A DNA stretch of 64,000 bases from a virus: IMG/VR virus record IMGVR_UViG_3300009550_000008; one strand, written 5' to 3'. Below, in pieces: positions 27,876 to 37,565 of the stretch. The notes under the pieces were generated by a model. It was given only the letters and a program-made list of their open reading frames with translations, did not search any database and had not been told where the DNA came from. A program made the translations under genes and the position numbers. The stretch's first letter is position 1. Each line of letters begins with the position of its first letter.

Positions 27876-28436
27876 ATGACTACTAAAAAAGACCCTAAAA
27901 AAGCAGAACACTATGTTAACAACAAAGAGTTCACACTAGCAGTCTCCGAGTATAACGCATCAGTTAAACTTGCAGAATCCAACGGGGAAGTCCCCCCAAG
28001 AATGACAGAATACATTGGTGAATGTATCTATAAAATTGCTACTCGATTATCGACTAGACCTAATTTTATTAACTACACATACCGAGACGAAATGATTTGT
28101 GATGCAATTGAAAACTGTATCCAATACATCGGTAACTTCAATACAGAAAAATCAAATAATGCATTTGCATATGTAACACAAATTTGTTACTACGCATTCC
28201 TACGAAGGATACAGAAGGAGAAGAAACAGGTATTCATCAAGCAGAAGTCCATCGAGGAATCAAATGTTACTATGGATGCATACACAACTATTGATGGTGA
28301 ACACGACCCTAATCTTACAAACACAAATGTAGAGTGGATGCAAGAACATATGAATCGGGTTGAGTACGAACCACGAAAATCAAAAAGAGCCAAGAAAGTA
28401 AAAAAGGAAACCAATCTAGAAAAATTCTCTAAATGA
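27876..28436 (+). CDS. gp55: Late-transcription sigma factor
   Basis: HYVNNKEF, YIGECIYKIA, PNFINYTYRDEMICDAIENC, YAFLRRIQKEKKQ. Confidence 0.96.
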   Translation: MTTKKDPKKAEHYVNNKEFTLAVSEYNASVKLAESNGEVPPRMTEYIGECIYKIATRLSTRPNFINYTYRDEMICDAIENCIQYIGNFNTEKSNNAFAYVTQICYYAFLRRIQKEKKQVFIKQKSIEESNVTMDAYTTIDGEHDPNLTNTNVEWMQEHMNRVEYEPRKSKRAKKVKKETNLEKFSK

Positions 28437-28660
28437 CAATCAAAAGAATCCATGTAAATATGCATAAGATTCGTGCTAATAAAAAACACGGAACTAATGA
28501 ACCAGTTATTACGGTCAAAGAAGGTCGTAAGAATACATATGGACATGAGGTTGAAATTCTTGGGCCGAGCAAAGTAATATATGGTGGAAATGATAAACCG
28601 ATATTACCATGTGGTGCAAGAGTTGTAATTGAAACTGAATCAGAAGTGATTATAAAATGA
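28433..28660 (+). CDS. Hypothetical protein
   Basis: IHVNMHKIRANKK...LPCGARVVIET; overlaps both neighbours by 4 nt. Confidence 0.7.
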   Translation: MTIKRIHVNMHKIRANKKHGTNEPVITVKEGRKNTYGHEVEILGPSKVIYGGNDKPILPCGARVVIETESEVIIK

Positions 28661-29724
28661 AGATAGCAATACTTAACGACACACACGCAGGTGTCCGAGG
28701 TGATATGCAGGCTATGTCTGATTACCAAGGACGATTTTATCAGGAAGTATTTTTCCCGTATCTAATTGAAAACGATATTAAACATATCATTCATCTAGGG
28801 GATTACTTTGATCGAAGGAAGTACATCAACTTCTCGTCTCTCAAAGCAAACAGAGAACACTTCATAAAACCTATGTTAGAAGCTGGTATCAGTATGGATT
28901 TGATTATTGGTAATCATGATACTTATTATAAGAATACCAATGATGTAAATGCACCTGATCTATTACTATTTGAATCCGACAACATTAGTATAATACAAGA
29001 ACCCGAAGTCAGAGAATACGATGGGTTGAATATTGCAATGAGTCCATGGATTAATAGTGATAACTACGCAGATTCCGTTGAGTTTTTAACTACATGTAAT
29101 GCACCTATTTGTATGGGTCATTTTGAATTTGAGGGTGCATTAATGATGCCCGGCATGACATGTCAACATGGATTAGATCATTCATATGTAAGTCGATTCG
29201 AAAAGGTTTACAGTGGTCACTTCCATCAGAAATCAAAATTTGCAAACATTCATTACCTTGGTTCACAAATGCAATTCACTTGGTCAGACTATGGAGATAA
29301 CAAATACTTCCATGTGTTTGATACATCAACAAGGGATATGCTTCCAGTTCCCAATCCAATTACTATATTCGAAAAGGTATTCTATGATGATACAAAAGAG
29401 TCATTTGAAACCATCGTTAATAAAGACTATAGTAATGTATCAGGAACATTCACAAAGGTAATTGTTGTTAACAAAGACAATCCTTATTGGTTCGATGCAT
29501 TCTTAGATAAGATACATGCAGCTTCTCCATTACATTTACAAGTAGTAGATGACCATAAACATATGGACTTGATGGATGATTCTGATGTGGAGAATGTTGA
29601 AGACACATTAACTATATTAAACAAGTATGTAGAAGGTATGGAGATACAAGGTAAGAAAAAGCCTCTTACCGATTTGATGACTTCATTGTATAATGAAGCA
29701 TTAGACGAACACACTTATCTATGA
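28657..29724 (+). CDS. gp47: Recombination endonuclease subunit (Mre11/SbcD-like)
   Basis: DTH, HLGDYFD, GNHD and SGHFH phosphoesterase motifs. Confidence 0.95.
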   Translation: MKIAILNDTHAGVRGDMQAMSDYQGRFYQEVFFPYLIENDIKHIIHLGDYFDRRKYINFSSLKANREHFIKPMLEAGISMDLIIGNHDTYYKNTNDVNAPDLLLFESDNISIIQEPEVREYDGLNIAMSPWINSDNYADSVEFLTTCNAPICMGHFEFEGALMMPGMTCQHGLDHSYVSRFEKVYSGHFHQKSKFANIHYLGSQMQFTWSDYGDNKYFHVFDTSTRDMLPVPNPITIFEKVFYDDTKESFETIVNKDYSNVSGTFTKVIVVNKDNPYWFDAFLDKIHAASPLHLQVVDDHKHMDLMDDSDVENVEDTLTILNKYVEGMEIQGKKKPLTDLMTSLYNEALDEHTYL

Positions 29725-31436
29725 TAATATTTAAAGAAGTACGATATAAAAATTTACTTTCATCGGGAAACAAGTTTACCAAGATACCACTTAATTCCCA
29801 TCAGACTACTCTTGTACTAGGAGAGAACGGTGCTGGTAAATCAACATTATTAGATGCATTATGTTATGCATTATATGGTCGTGGGTTTCGTAACCTAAAG
29901 AAAGACCTTCTAATTAACTCAGTCAATCAAAAAGAATTATTAGTCGAACTCGATTTTACTATCGGGAGAAAAGACTACAAATTAATCCGTGGGGCAAAAC
30001 CAAATAAATTTGAAATTTGGTGTAATGACATTTTGTTAAATCAAGATGCAAGTGTCAGGGATTATCAAGACCATCTAGAATCGAACATACTCAAAATGAG
30101 TTATCGTTCTTTTACTCAGGTGGCAATCCTAGGGTCGGCAAACTTTACTCCGTTCATGCAACTTCGAGCAAAGGACAGAAGGAAGTTAGTCGAAGACCTT
30201 TTGGATATCACAATATTTACAACTATGATGCAGTTGTTGAGGAAACGAAAATCTAATCATGCATTAGATATCAAGGAAAATCAACATGAGATTGCAATTC
30301 TTGAAGAAAGGATTAATGGTCTTAATAGTCAACTTGATGCGCTTCGTGAAAATCGTGATGAAAAAATATACAAATTTGAAACTACCATTAATCAAACTCA
30401 AACCAACATAGACAAACTATTAGGAGAGGTTGATGAAAAGACGAAAAATGTGGTGGAGAAAACACGACTTATCTCGGATAAAGATTCTACGGAAACTAGA
30501 CTTAAACAAACAAATGACATGGAGACTCAACTCGAAAGAGCTCGAAAGAAAGCAATTGCAGACATTGAGTTCTACGAGAACAATGACAATTGTCCAACAT
30601 GCAAACAGGGATTAGACCATGAACACAAGCAGAAGCACATTCAGGAAAAAAATTCGAAGGTTACAGAGATCAAGGAAGCGTTGTCAACTCTCGAAGGACA
30701 AGTCTCAGATTTACATTCCGAAATTGAAAGAATCAACGGAGTCCAGTCAGAAATAGACGAGATACAAAGAGAGATAGGTCTTTCACAAACAGAGATCGTT
30801 TCTAATCAAAAGTATATCGGTAAGTTACAGAAAGAGATCAAAGAACTTGAACAAGAGCAAGAAGGTAATACTGATGCACATGAACAAGTAGAAAAGGCAG
30901 AGGATGATTTGCACATCTTAACTAAGAAGAAACAACATCTTGCTGACCATGGTCACTATCTAGAAATTGCAACTCTACTCTTAAGAGATCAGGGTGTAAA
31001 AGAAAAGATTATCAAACAGTATGTTCCTATCATGAATAAACTAATTAACAAGTATCTTGCACAATTAGAATTCTATGTTGGGTTTGAACTGGATGAAAGT
31101 TTTGATGAAACAATCAAGTCTAGATTCAGGGATGTATTTAAATATGAGAACTTCTCTCAAGGTGAAAAGATGAGAATCGATCTTGCATTACTATTCACTT
31201 GGAGAGCTGTTGCAAGAATGAAGAACTCAGTAAATACAAACCTTCTAGTATTGGATGAAGTATTCGACAGTTCCCTCGATGCATCAGGTACAGATGAATT
31301 CATGAAGATGTTGAATACACTTACAGAGAAGACAAATGCATTTATTATATCTCACAAAGGTGATATACTATACGATAAATTCGAACATGTAGTGAGGTTT
31401 GAGAAACATAAAAACTTCTCAAGAATAGCAGAATAA
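29721..31436 (+). CDS. gp46: Recombination ATPase subunit (Rad50/SbcC-like)
   Basis: GENGAGKST, CPTC zinc hook, FSQGEKMRIDLAL, LDEVFDSSLD. Confidence 0.96.
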   Translation: MIIFKEVRYKNLLSSGNKFTKIPLNSHQTTLVLGENGAGKSTLLDALCYALYGRGFRNLKKDLLINSVNQKELLVELDFTIGRKDYKLIRGAKPNKFEIWCNDILLNQDASVRDYQDHLESNILKMSYRSFTQVAILGSANFTPFMQLRAKDRRKLVEDLLDITIFTTMMQLLRKRKSNHALDIKENQHEIAILEERINGLNSQLDALRENRDEKIYKFETTINQTQTNIDKLLGEVDEKTKNVVEKTRLISDKDSTETRLKQTNDMETQLERARKKAIADIEFYENNDNCPTCKQGLDHEHKQKHIQEKNSKVTEIKEALSTLEGQVSDLHSEIERINGVQSEIDEIQREIGLSQTEIVSNQKYIGKLQKEIKELEQEQEGNTDAHEQVEKAEDDLHILTKKKQHLADHGHYLEIATLLLRDQGVKEKIIKQYVPIMNKLINKYLAQLEFYVGFELDESFDETIKSRFRDVFKYENFSQGEKMRIDLALLFTWRAVARMKNSVNTNLLVLDEVFDSSLDASGTDEFMKMLNTLTEKTNAFIISHKGDILYDKFEHVVRFEKHKNFSRIAE

Positions 31437-31444
31437 TATAAATA
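31437..31444 (+). promoter_or_regulatory. T4-type late promoter
   Basis: TATAAATA 5 nt before ATG 31450. Confidence 0.8.
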
Positions 31445-31449
31445 GTATT

Positions 31450-32934
31450 ATGAAAACATTTAGGGAATTACTAGACGAAAATAACAAAGAGGAAATCTCT
31501 AAGTTATTAAAAGACTTTAAACCTGATATCAAGGGAAAGAAGGCTATCGATTATAAAATCACATACGATAGACCATCAGATGTCCCAAATGATTTCGATA
31601 AACTAAAGAAACTTTTAGATAAACATGGTATTGGTTATGCAATGAATACCTCAAAGTCTTCTAAAGGTACAATTCAGATCGAAGGAGACGATGGTAATAA
31701 ACACAGAATCTTCTTTAAACCATCACAGAATGCAACCAAAGGCCCGTCAGGAGCTCAATGGGAATCAATTATTGCAGTAGGTGTAAACAAACTGAAAGGT
31801 AAGAACTGGGATGTCGGCCCTGAATGGGATGTTGCATCTAAGTTTTGGGAAGATTATGGTGGTATTGGTGAAACAATTGCAAAAGATTTTATTGCAAAAT
31901 TAGGTGTAGATAAATTAGAAGGAACTGGACAAAGTTCTGCTTCTCTAAATCCAAAATGGAAAGGAACAAATACCACACCTAAAACAGACATGAAATCCAG
32001 TAAACATAATATTTCATTAAAGAAAGCTGGTGGTTCACAATTAATGTCTGCAAAGAAAGCTGAATTAATATCCACAGTAGAAGCTGCACAGGAAACCTAT
32101 GGAAAAGCAAATAAGAAAGAGGTTGAAAATTTAGTCAATATCATGGAAAAGAAAATGGTTACATTGACTGAGAAAGACAGTGTGTCATCTATTGACGATA
32201 TGAGAGAAAAGGAAAAACTAACACCCAAAGAAGCAGAACAGATTGCAGAAGTAGATGCAGCTCGTATAGGTGCAAAAGAAGTTGAAAATGAATTCAACAA
32301 TGTGTTCTCGTCAGAAAAGTTTATGGGACATTTCTGCTTTGAAGCTGCAACTGGTAATGTAAAATTTAAAGACAACTGGCCAAGTGCAAATGTTGTATGT
32401 ACATTTAATCCCGATCAAGCAAAACTGGAGAATGTATTAGTATTAGACTCACCCGAGGGTGCTGGTGTTAAACTTGCAAGAGGAAACTCTTTTTATGTTG
32501 CATTTAAATCCACTGCTGGTTCTAAACCTTATCTCTCATTTAGAAGTAAGGCAAAAAGTAAGAAAGCAATGAAATCTGTAGTTAATGAAAGAACAGATTA
32601 CCCTGATATACTTCCTTCATTAAGAACAATAATGATTGAAGAATTATCTAAAGGTGGATTACTTACAGAAGAAATGCAACAGTTAGATGAGTTTGCAATG
32701 TTAAATAATCTAAAACAACAAGTAAGTGACTTCACAAATAAGGCAAAGAGTGTTATAATGAAGGTATGGAAAGGTATAATTGAGAGACTCAAGAAAGCTT
32801 TTGCAATAATCAAGAAATTAGGTGGAAAGGCATTAAGAGCTCTTGCAAGATTTTTTGGTTTTGAAATAGGTAATGTTAGACTTACTAAAACAGGTGGAAT
32901 GTATCCAGTAGACACTTTAATATTTAACAAATAA
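31450..32934 (+). CDS. Hypothetical late protein; possible internal head protein with a PD-(D/E)xK-like motif
   Basis: N-terminal MKTFRELLDE; WES...TPKTD...ISLK motif. Confidence 0.5.
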   Translation: MKTFRELLDENNKEEISKLLKDFKPDIKGKKAIDYKITYDRPSDVPNDFDKLKKLLDKHGIGYAMNTSKSSKGTIQIEGDDGNKHRIFFKPSQNATKGPSGAQWESIIAVGVNKLKGKNWDVGPEWDVASKFWEDYGGIGETIAKDFIAKLGVDKLEGTGQSSASLNPKWKGTNTTPKTDMKSSKHNISLKKAGGSQLMSAKKAELISTVEAAQETYGKANKKEVENLVNIMEKKMVTLTEKDSVSSIDDMREKEKLTPKEAEQIAEVDAARIGAKEVENEFNNVFSSEKFMGHFCFEAATGNVKFKDNWPSANVVCTFNPDQAKLENVLVLDSPEGAGVKLARGNSFYVAFKSTAGSKPYLSFRSKAKSKKAMKSVVNERTDYPDILPSLRTIMIEELSKGGLLTEEMQQLDEFAMLNNLKQQVSDFTNKAKSVIMKVWKGIIERLKKAFAIIKKLGGKALRALARFFGFEIGNVRLTKTGGMYPVDTLIFNK

Positions 32935-32937
32935 ATT

Positions 32938-33552
32938 ATGTATCAATTAGTTGAAGAAGCAATGAAGGTTCTCAGAGAACCAACCACAGATTTCGATTTT
33001 GAAAATCCACCCGAAGACCCAAAAGAGATCGAGAAAAACATGGCAGAAGCCATGGAACGATTTGGTGGTCTTGGTCTATCTGCAAACCAGTTAGGTTTAC
33101 CATATCGAGTGTTCGTCATGAGAACTGCAGATAGTGGTACTAGAGCATTCTTTAATCCTGAGATTACAAAGTTATCCAAAGAAACAGATTTAATGAAAGA
33201 AGGGTGCCTTTCTTTCCCCGATATATACTTAATGATAAAGAGACCTTCTGCAATTGAATTAGAATACTCAGATGCAGATGGAGAAAGACATACACTACAA
33301 TTAGAAGGAATGGGTTCTAGATGTGTTCAACACGAACTAGATCATTTAAATGGAATTATATTCCTTCAAAGAGCCTCTAAGTTAAAATTGGAAAGGGCTA
33401 TCAAGTCTAGACCTAAAGAGAGGAGAAAGAGATTAGATTATGAAAAAAGAATGGAAATTGCTAGACAACTCCAAAGTCTACAATCACAAAGTGATTCCGA
33501 TTCTGACGAAGGAAGAGTGCCAGAACCTGATTCAATGGCACAACAGTCATAG
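32938..33552 (+). CDS. def: Peptide deformylase
   Basis: GLGLSANQ, EGCLS, QHELDHL. Confidence 0.95.
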   Translation: MYQLVEEAMKVLREPTTDFDFENPPEDPKEIEKNMAEAMERFGGLGLSANQLGLPYRVFVMRTADSGTRAFFNPEITKLSKETDLMKEGCLSFPDIYLMIKRPSAIELEYSDADGERHTLQLEGMGSRCVQHELDHLNGIIFLQRASKLKLERAIKSRPKERRKRLDYEKRMEIARQLQSLQSQSDSDSDEGRVPEPDSMAQQS

Positions 33553-34207
33553 ACATTTAGAAAAAGTCGGTTCACTAATAGATTATTGGGGCATCAGAAA
33601 GATGCATATCAAGAATGAGTACATTCGTCTCTTATTCCAAAAAGTCCAAAATCACTGTATAAGTGAAATCTACAATGCAACGGGACAAGTTTTCCATACT
33701 GAAATGGCAACTATGACTCGATGGCATATTGGTGGAGTACAAGACCCACACTTGGATACACTATCTAATGATGAGGTTCGAGAAGACCCTAATATCGAAA
33801 CAAAGGTTGCCTCAGGTGAGAAGTCACCATCTAGAGAATGGACAGTGATTGTATATTTAAATGATGATTACAATGGTGGTGAAACATATTTTCCACCTAC
33901 AGATTATTATCCATTTGGACACCAAGTCGAACCCGAGGTAGGTAGTGGATTTCTATTCCAAGGTATCTATCATGGCCATGGAGTATTCAAAGTTCGAAGA
34001 GCTCCAAGACACACCATTGCATGTTGGTTCACAGCTGACATCGATAAAGCTATGACAGAAAGACCCGTTGAAGATTTAGAACACAACGAGATCACTATCA
34101 GACAATTCTTAGACTATCAAGTCCAAGGTGGGTTATATAATACCGAAGACCTATCTAAAGACCCTGAAAGATGGGCAGAATATAAAAGATTATCTAAAAT
34201 CTCTTAA
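33440..34207 (+). CDS. 2OG-Fe(II) oxygenase (prolyl 4-hydroxylase-like)
   Basis: HLD, VYLNDDYNGGETYF, HGV...R; the start may lie further downstream. Confidence 0.85.
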   Translation: MKKEWKLLDNSKVYNHKVIPILTKEECQNLIQWHNSHRHLEKVGSLIDYWGIRKMHIKNEYIRLLFQKVQNHCISEIYNATGQVFHTEMATMTRWHIGGVQDPHLDTLSNDEVREDPNIETKVASGEKSPSREWTVIVYLNDDYNGGETYFPPTDYYPFGHQVEPEVGSGFLFQGIYHGHGVFKVRRAPRHTIACWFTADIDKAMTERPVEDLEHNEITIRQFLDYQVQGGLYNTEDLSKDPERWAEYKRLSKIS

Positions 34208-34216
34208 TCCCTATTA

Positions 34217-34293
34217 CTCCGTGTAGCTCAACTGGATAGAGCAACGGCCTTCTAAGCCGTAGGTTAGAGGTTCGAGTCCTCTCACGGAGGCCA
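34217..34293 (+). tRNA. tRNA-Arg (anticodon UCU)
   Basis: Acceptor stem CTCCGTG/CACGGAG, D arm GCTC/GAGC, anticodon arm ACGGC-CT-TCT-AA-GCCGT, T loop GTTCGAG, encoded CCA. Confidence 0.96.
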
Positions 34294-34299
34294 AATCAA

Positions 34300-34332
34300 G
34301 CCTTGACAATGCCTCAAGCTTTTTCATATAAT
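34300..34332 (+). promoter_or_regulatory. Early sigma70-type promoter, repeated motif copy 1
   Basis: GCCTTGACAATGCC...GCTTTTT; TTGACA-N18-TATAAT. Confidence 0.8.
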
Positions 34333-34361
34333 ATACTATCAACTAAAGAAATGGAGGAAAT

Positions 34362-34586
34362 ATGAGTCACTTTGGAAATGATATGATTGCAGATGACATT
34401 GCACAACATGTTTCTTTACTTGACGATATAGATGTGGTAAAAGCATTGAATGACAAAAATGTCAGTAAAGTAAGCAAATTCACTGGTGATAGTGTACATG
34501 GTGCAAACATCATAGATTATGCAAGAACAATATTGATCGACCAATTATGGGACGATGCAATGAGTGCCCCGTCACCACACGGCTAA
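34362..34586 (+). CDS. Hypothetical early protein
   Basis: GGAGG RBS; follows an early promoter. Confidence 0.7.
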   Translation: MSHFGNDMIADDIAQHVSLLDDIDVVKALNDKNVSKVSKFTGDSVHGANIIDYARTILIDQLWDDAMSAPSPHG

Positions 34587-34590
34587 TCAG

Positions 34591-34623
34591 GCCTTGACAA
34601 TGCCTACAGCTTTTTGAGATAAT
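34591..34623 (+). promoter_or_regulatory. Early sigma70-type promoter, repeated motif copy 2
   Basis: GCCTTGACAATGCC...GCTTTTT; TTGACA-N18-GATAAT. Confidence 0.8.
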
Positions 34624-34629
34624 ATACAT

Positions 34630-37047
34630 ATGGAATCAAAAATCAGAACACAAAAAGACAACCTTGCAAAATTAATGGCAGGGGAAAACTTAACAGTTGT
34701 GCATAGGAAAACTCCTACTGCATACTTTGATCTTAAGAATAGGTTACTTTGTTGCCCTATTTTCAAAGATGATATCTCTTCTGAACTCTATGATCTATTC
34801 ATGGGTCACGAAGTTGGTCATGCATTATGGACTCCATATGAAGGTGTTCACTCAGCAGTGACTAAAAACAGAACTCTTAAAGGATATCTTAATGTTGTAG
34901 AAGATGTCAGGATTGAGAAGAATATCAGAGAGAAGTATGCTGGATTGAGAAGGTCTTTCTTCACTGCATATAATGAATTGATGGAAATGGATTTCTTTGG
35001 AGTTAAAGATAGAAACCTCCAAGAACTTTCCTTGATCGACAAGATCAACCTTATCACTAAATGTGGTTCTAGAATCAACATCAAACTTTCTAAAGAAGAA
35101 CAATTCTTCCTTGATTGGTCAATGAAGTGTGCATCTTGGGATGAGGTTGAAGAATGTGCCACAGCAATATATGAGTGGTCAAAAGAAAACGAGACAAGAA
35201 CTGAGGAAGATGAAAAATTGATTCCTCAAATGTTTGACATCGGTGATGAAGAAGAGGGTGATGAAGATGATGAAGAATCTCAGGACGGCGAGTCTTGGGA
35301 TGAAGAATCTCAGGAATCAGAAGAAACTGAGGGTGATAATCTTCCTGAGTTAGAAGATGATGAATCAAAAGGTGGTGACCAAGAATCTGAGGATGGTGAA
35401 GAGGAAGAGTCAGAAGAAGAGTCAGAAGAAGCTAAGAAAAAAGTTGGTGGTACTGGTTCTAGTGAAGATGTAAAACCCGAAGATTTCGATGATGAAGATG
35501 GTGCAAGGGAATCAATCACTGAACACAATGCACATAACAACGAAGAGCAATTTGTTTCTGAGACTAACATGATTAGAACTCAGTGTGATCTTTCAATCAA
35601 AGATTTCGACAAGTATTGTTCTGACACTCTTTACGACTACAAATTGGTTCTTGATGATTGGAGAGAGTATTACTCAAACCCTGAATCGTTTGCAGTAAAA
35701 TACTACAGTGAGAAGATTGCAAAAACTCAGAAGATGGGTGTTCACACTTTCAAGAAGATCGAAAGTAAAAACAAAGCAATCGTCAATCACATGGCAAAAG
35801 AATTTGAAATGAGACAAACTGCTCTTTCATCGAAACATGCATTCAGTGGTAAGACTGGTAAGTTGGATATGAACAGACTTGCAAAGTATCAGATTGTTGA
35901 TGATGTTTTCAAAAGAGTTACTTATCTTCCTGATGGGAAGAACCACGGTGTCAACATCATGATCGATTGGAGTGGTTCGATCAACAACGAAGTTCAAGAC
36001 CTCCTAGAACAAGCAATGATTCTTACAATGTTCTGCAGAAAAGTTTCGATTCCTCACAGAGTCTACTTGTTCTCAGATAACATATCGAAGAAAAGAGAAG
36101 TTGATTCTGATGATAGCTACTGGAGAAACAGAGAAGGATTCTTGGTTGAGATTTTCTCTAACGAACAGAATGCAAAAGAGTACAAAGAAATGATGCAGTA
36201 TGTCTGCACACTTTGGAACCACTACTTTGTTGACAATATCAGATACGGTGGTGGTAGACACTTCCATAAGAAACTTGAAGCTCACAATGACTGGTTCGAA
36301 GGTGTTGATTACTACGACCCTGACCAAGGACATTGGATTGATGTTGACCAAGTCTTATTCCCTGAACACAAATACAGATTAGGTGGTACACCACTTGATG
36401 CAACTATCGTTGCCATGAGAGGATTACTTCCTAAGTTCAACAAAGCTTACAATGTCGAGAAATCAATCTTGACTGTAATCACTGATGGTTATTCTCATTC
36501 TGCAAACATCCTTCAAATGGATGATGCTGAGAGAAAAGAACAGCAAGACCAAATGGGTGATGATGAATATGGTTACAGAGCTACGAAGGAAAGAGATATC
36601 ATCGACCCAATAAACAAAAGAGTCTACAAGTTTGAAGAATCAACTAACAGATACAGAGAAAATTTCAGAATGACTCAGAACTTACTTCAATGGGTTTCTG
36701 ATACTACTGGAGTTACGGTTACTGGATACTTTGTTTGTGGTAGAAAAGGTGATATGACTGACTTACTATCTTGTATCGGTCATGAATCAACTCACAACTA
36801 TGACCACATAATGCAAAATGAAATGTGGAAACAAGCAAGAAATAACGGTTTGGTTCTCGAAACTGTCGGGTACAACAAATTGTTCTTGACTGCAGCGACA
36901 AACATCGGGACAGCTGGTGAAGATACTTTGGACGATGAATTGGTCGGTGCAAAGAAATCCACAATCATGTCAAGATTTAAAAAGAATCAGAAGAACAAAT
37001 CAACTTCTAGATTCTTAACTAACGAATTCATAAAGGAGATAGCATAA
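34630..37047 (+). CDS. CobT-like protein: HExxH peptidase domain, acidic linker, vWA domain
   Basis: HEVGHAL, NVVEDVRIE, E/D-rich linker, MIDAS DWSGS, GGTPL, ITDG. Confidence 0.85.
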   Translation: MESKIRTQKDNLAKLMAGENLTVVHRKTPTAYFDLKNRLLCCPIFKDDISSELYDLFMGHEVGHALWTPYEGVHSAVTKNRTLKGYLNVVEDVRIEKNIREKYAGLRRSFFTAYNELMEMDFFGVKDRNLQELSLIDKINLITKCGSRINIKLSKEEQFFLDWSMKCASWDEVEECATAIYEWSKENETRTEEDEKLIPQMFDIGDEEEGDEDDEESQDGESWDEESQESEETEGDNLPELEDDESKGGDQESEDGEEEESEEESEEAKKKVGGTGSSEDVKPEDFDDEDGARESITEHNAHNNEEQFVSETNMIRTQCDLSIKDFDKYCSDTLYDYKLVLDDWREYYSNPESFAVKYYSEKIAKTQKMGVHTFKKIESKNKAIVNHMAKEFEMRQTALSSKHAFSGKTGKLDMNRLAKYQIVDDVFKRVTYLPDGKNHGVNIMIDWSGSINNEVQDLLEQAMILTMFCRKVSIPHRVYLFSDNISKKREVDSDDSYWRNREGFLVEIFSNEQNAKEYKEMMQYVCTLWNHYFVDNIRYGGGRHFHKKLEAHNDWFEGVDYYDPDQGHWIDVDQVLFPEHKYRLGGTPLDATIVAMRGLLPKFNKAYNVEKSILTVITDGYSHSANILQMDDAERKEQQDQMGDDEYGYRATKERDIIDPINKRVYKFEESTNRYRENFRMTQNLLQWVSDTTGVTVTGYFVCGRKGDMTDLLSCIGHESTHNYDHIMQNEMWKQARNNGLVLETVGYNKLFLTAATNIGTAGEDTLDDELVGAKKSTIMSRFKKNQKNKSTSRFLTNEFIKEIA

Positions 37048-37268
37048 TGAATGAAATGGATGCCATTACAATGGTAGAAAAAATAGAAGTGGACGGCACC
37101 ACATTTAATGTCGAGGAATATTTTGAAGTCCTAGAGAACTTACGAAGTTCAGGGAAGATCAATATGTTTGGAGCTCCAAGATGGTTGGAAAACAATTTTG
37201 GGTTAAGTAAAAATCAAGCACGATTAGTGTTTATGAAATGGTCGGAGACATACAATGCCACATCTTAA
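37047..37268 (+). CDS. Hypothetical protein
   Basis: GGAG RBS; LENLRSSGKINMFGA. Confidence 0.65.
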   Translation: MNEMDAITMVEKIEVDGTTFNVEEYFEVLENLRSSGKINMFGAPRWLENNFGLSKNQARLVFMKWSETYNATS

Positions 37269-37524
37269 AGTAGACCCAGCATATTATGAAAGAATACCAA
37301 CAACAGACTACAGTAAATTCGCTGATGCAATTAATGATGTTGGCCCTGCACCTTGCACTTTTCATAATTGTGAACGATACGATCACTGTAAGGAAAAGAA
37401 GGTTGAATGTTTTGCATTCAGAGCATGGGTTAATAATGGTGAGAAATATCTCACTCAAAAGAATGCAAAAGGTGAGGTTAAATGCTTAAACAAAATGGGG
37501 AGATTACTTGAACCAGTTAAATAA
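37255..37524 (+). CDS. Small Cys-rich protein (possible Fe-S or Zn binding)
   Basis: PCxxxxCxxxxxCxxxxxxC cluster; GGAG RBS. Confidence 0.6.
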   Translation: MPHLKVDPAYYERIPTTDYSKFADAINDVGPAPCTFHNCERYDHCKEKKVECFAFRAWVNNGEKYLTQKNAKGEVKCLNKMGRLLEPVK

Positions 37525-37526
37525 TG

Positions 37527-37559
37527 GCCTTGACAATGCCCCTGGCTTTTTGAGATAAT
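37527..37559 (+). promoter_or_regulatory. Early sigma70-type promoter, repeated motif copy 3
   Basis: GCCTTGACAATGCC...GCTTTTT; TTGACA-N18-GATAAT. Confidence 0.8.
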
Positions 37560-37565
37560 AGCTAC

